Of a DNA stretch of 64,000 nucleotides, positions 63,524 through 64,000 are shown one piece after another (within the stretch, counting starts at the first letter, position 1; each line of letters starts with the position of its first letter). The stretch comes from Nemertoderma westbladi. Lineage: Eukaryota; Animalia; Xenacoelomorpha. The translations under genes and the position numbers were made by a program. The stretch covers positions 490 to 64,489 of the forward strand of contig JAUCBJ010006077.1 in the NCBI GenBank assembly GCA_032718475.1, given 5' to 3'. The notes under the pieces were generated by a model. The model saw nothing but the letters and a program-made list of their open reading frames with translations, was not told where the DNA came from and ran no database searches.

Positions 63524-64000
63524 TTCATCGCCGATATATAGAGATTAAATACAACAGTTTACCAGGTTCAGCCCCAATCAATTCAGATATTTTATTTATA
63601 CCACTACAATATTATACGATTAATACACCATTACCTCACCCTACAACAATTTATAATTATTAATGAGTGATAATCCAGCATGTAATGTATTGTTGATATA
63701 TCAATGTATTATGTATATCATTTGCTGATCTTTGGACTATGGAATATCATGTTGTTTTTGGCTTTGTTACGATAATTTTATCAGAAGGCACGATGTTTGT
63801 ATTATGTAAAGAATGTAGAATGTGCTCACATATACACTTATACAGTAGCAACAATCAAGAACTGCCTGGCAAACATTACATTAGGTATCTCGTCGGAAAA
63901 GTTGTGCTAAGGTATGGTTTTTATTACTTGAGTTGATTGGTGCGATTATTTTATGTTATTGGTGCAATATAGATAGGCTCTGGCTAATTTTCAGTCCAGC

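Overview
AT-rich, repeat-dense metazoan (invertebrate-like) genomic DNA with spliceosomal introns; not prokaryotic, and I see no CRISPR array or rRNA. All protein-coding genes are on the minus strand. They are a 2-exon GH47 class I alpha-1,2-mannosidase whose homology-predicted donor reads GG rather than GT, a 3-exon SLC6A15/17-like transporter lacking its 3' exons, and four tandem 2-exon copine paralogs (A 26596-28487, B 30508-32922 without the VWA domain, C 49871-52139, D 61647-63523). Mobile DNA comprises a non-autonomous hAT element with an 8-bp TSD, MITEs, a degenerate RTE-X-like LINE with a nested RTE, several RTE copies with (TAG)n tails, and tRNA-derived SINEs. About 19 kb of the ~33 kb between 23.5 and 56.5 kb is unrelated tandem arrays (37, 42/47, 42, 72, 14, 18 and 39 bp units). 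The 37-bp array is an ~83-fold amplification of copine A's own last codons and stop, and a 14-bp array begins 21 nt after the copine C stop. Both place dozens of UACUAAC motifs (branch-point/STAR-protein consensus) on the sense strand of the 3' UTR, and the adjacent 72-bp array carries donor- and acceptor-like signals on that strand. The copines also show a 193-bp probable gene-conversion tract and stepwise loss of Ca2+-binding aspartates. All functional interpretations are inference; coordinates were counted by eye and copy numbers are approximate.
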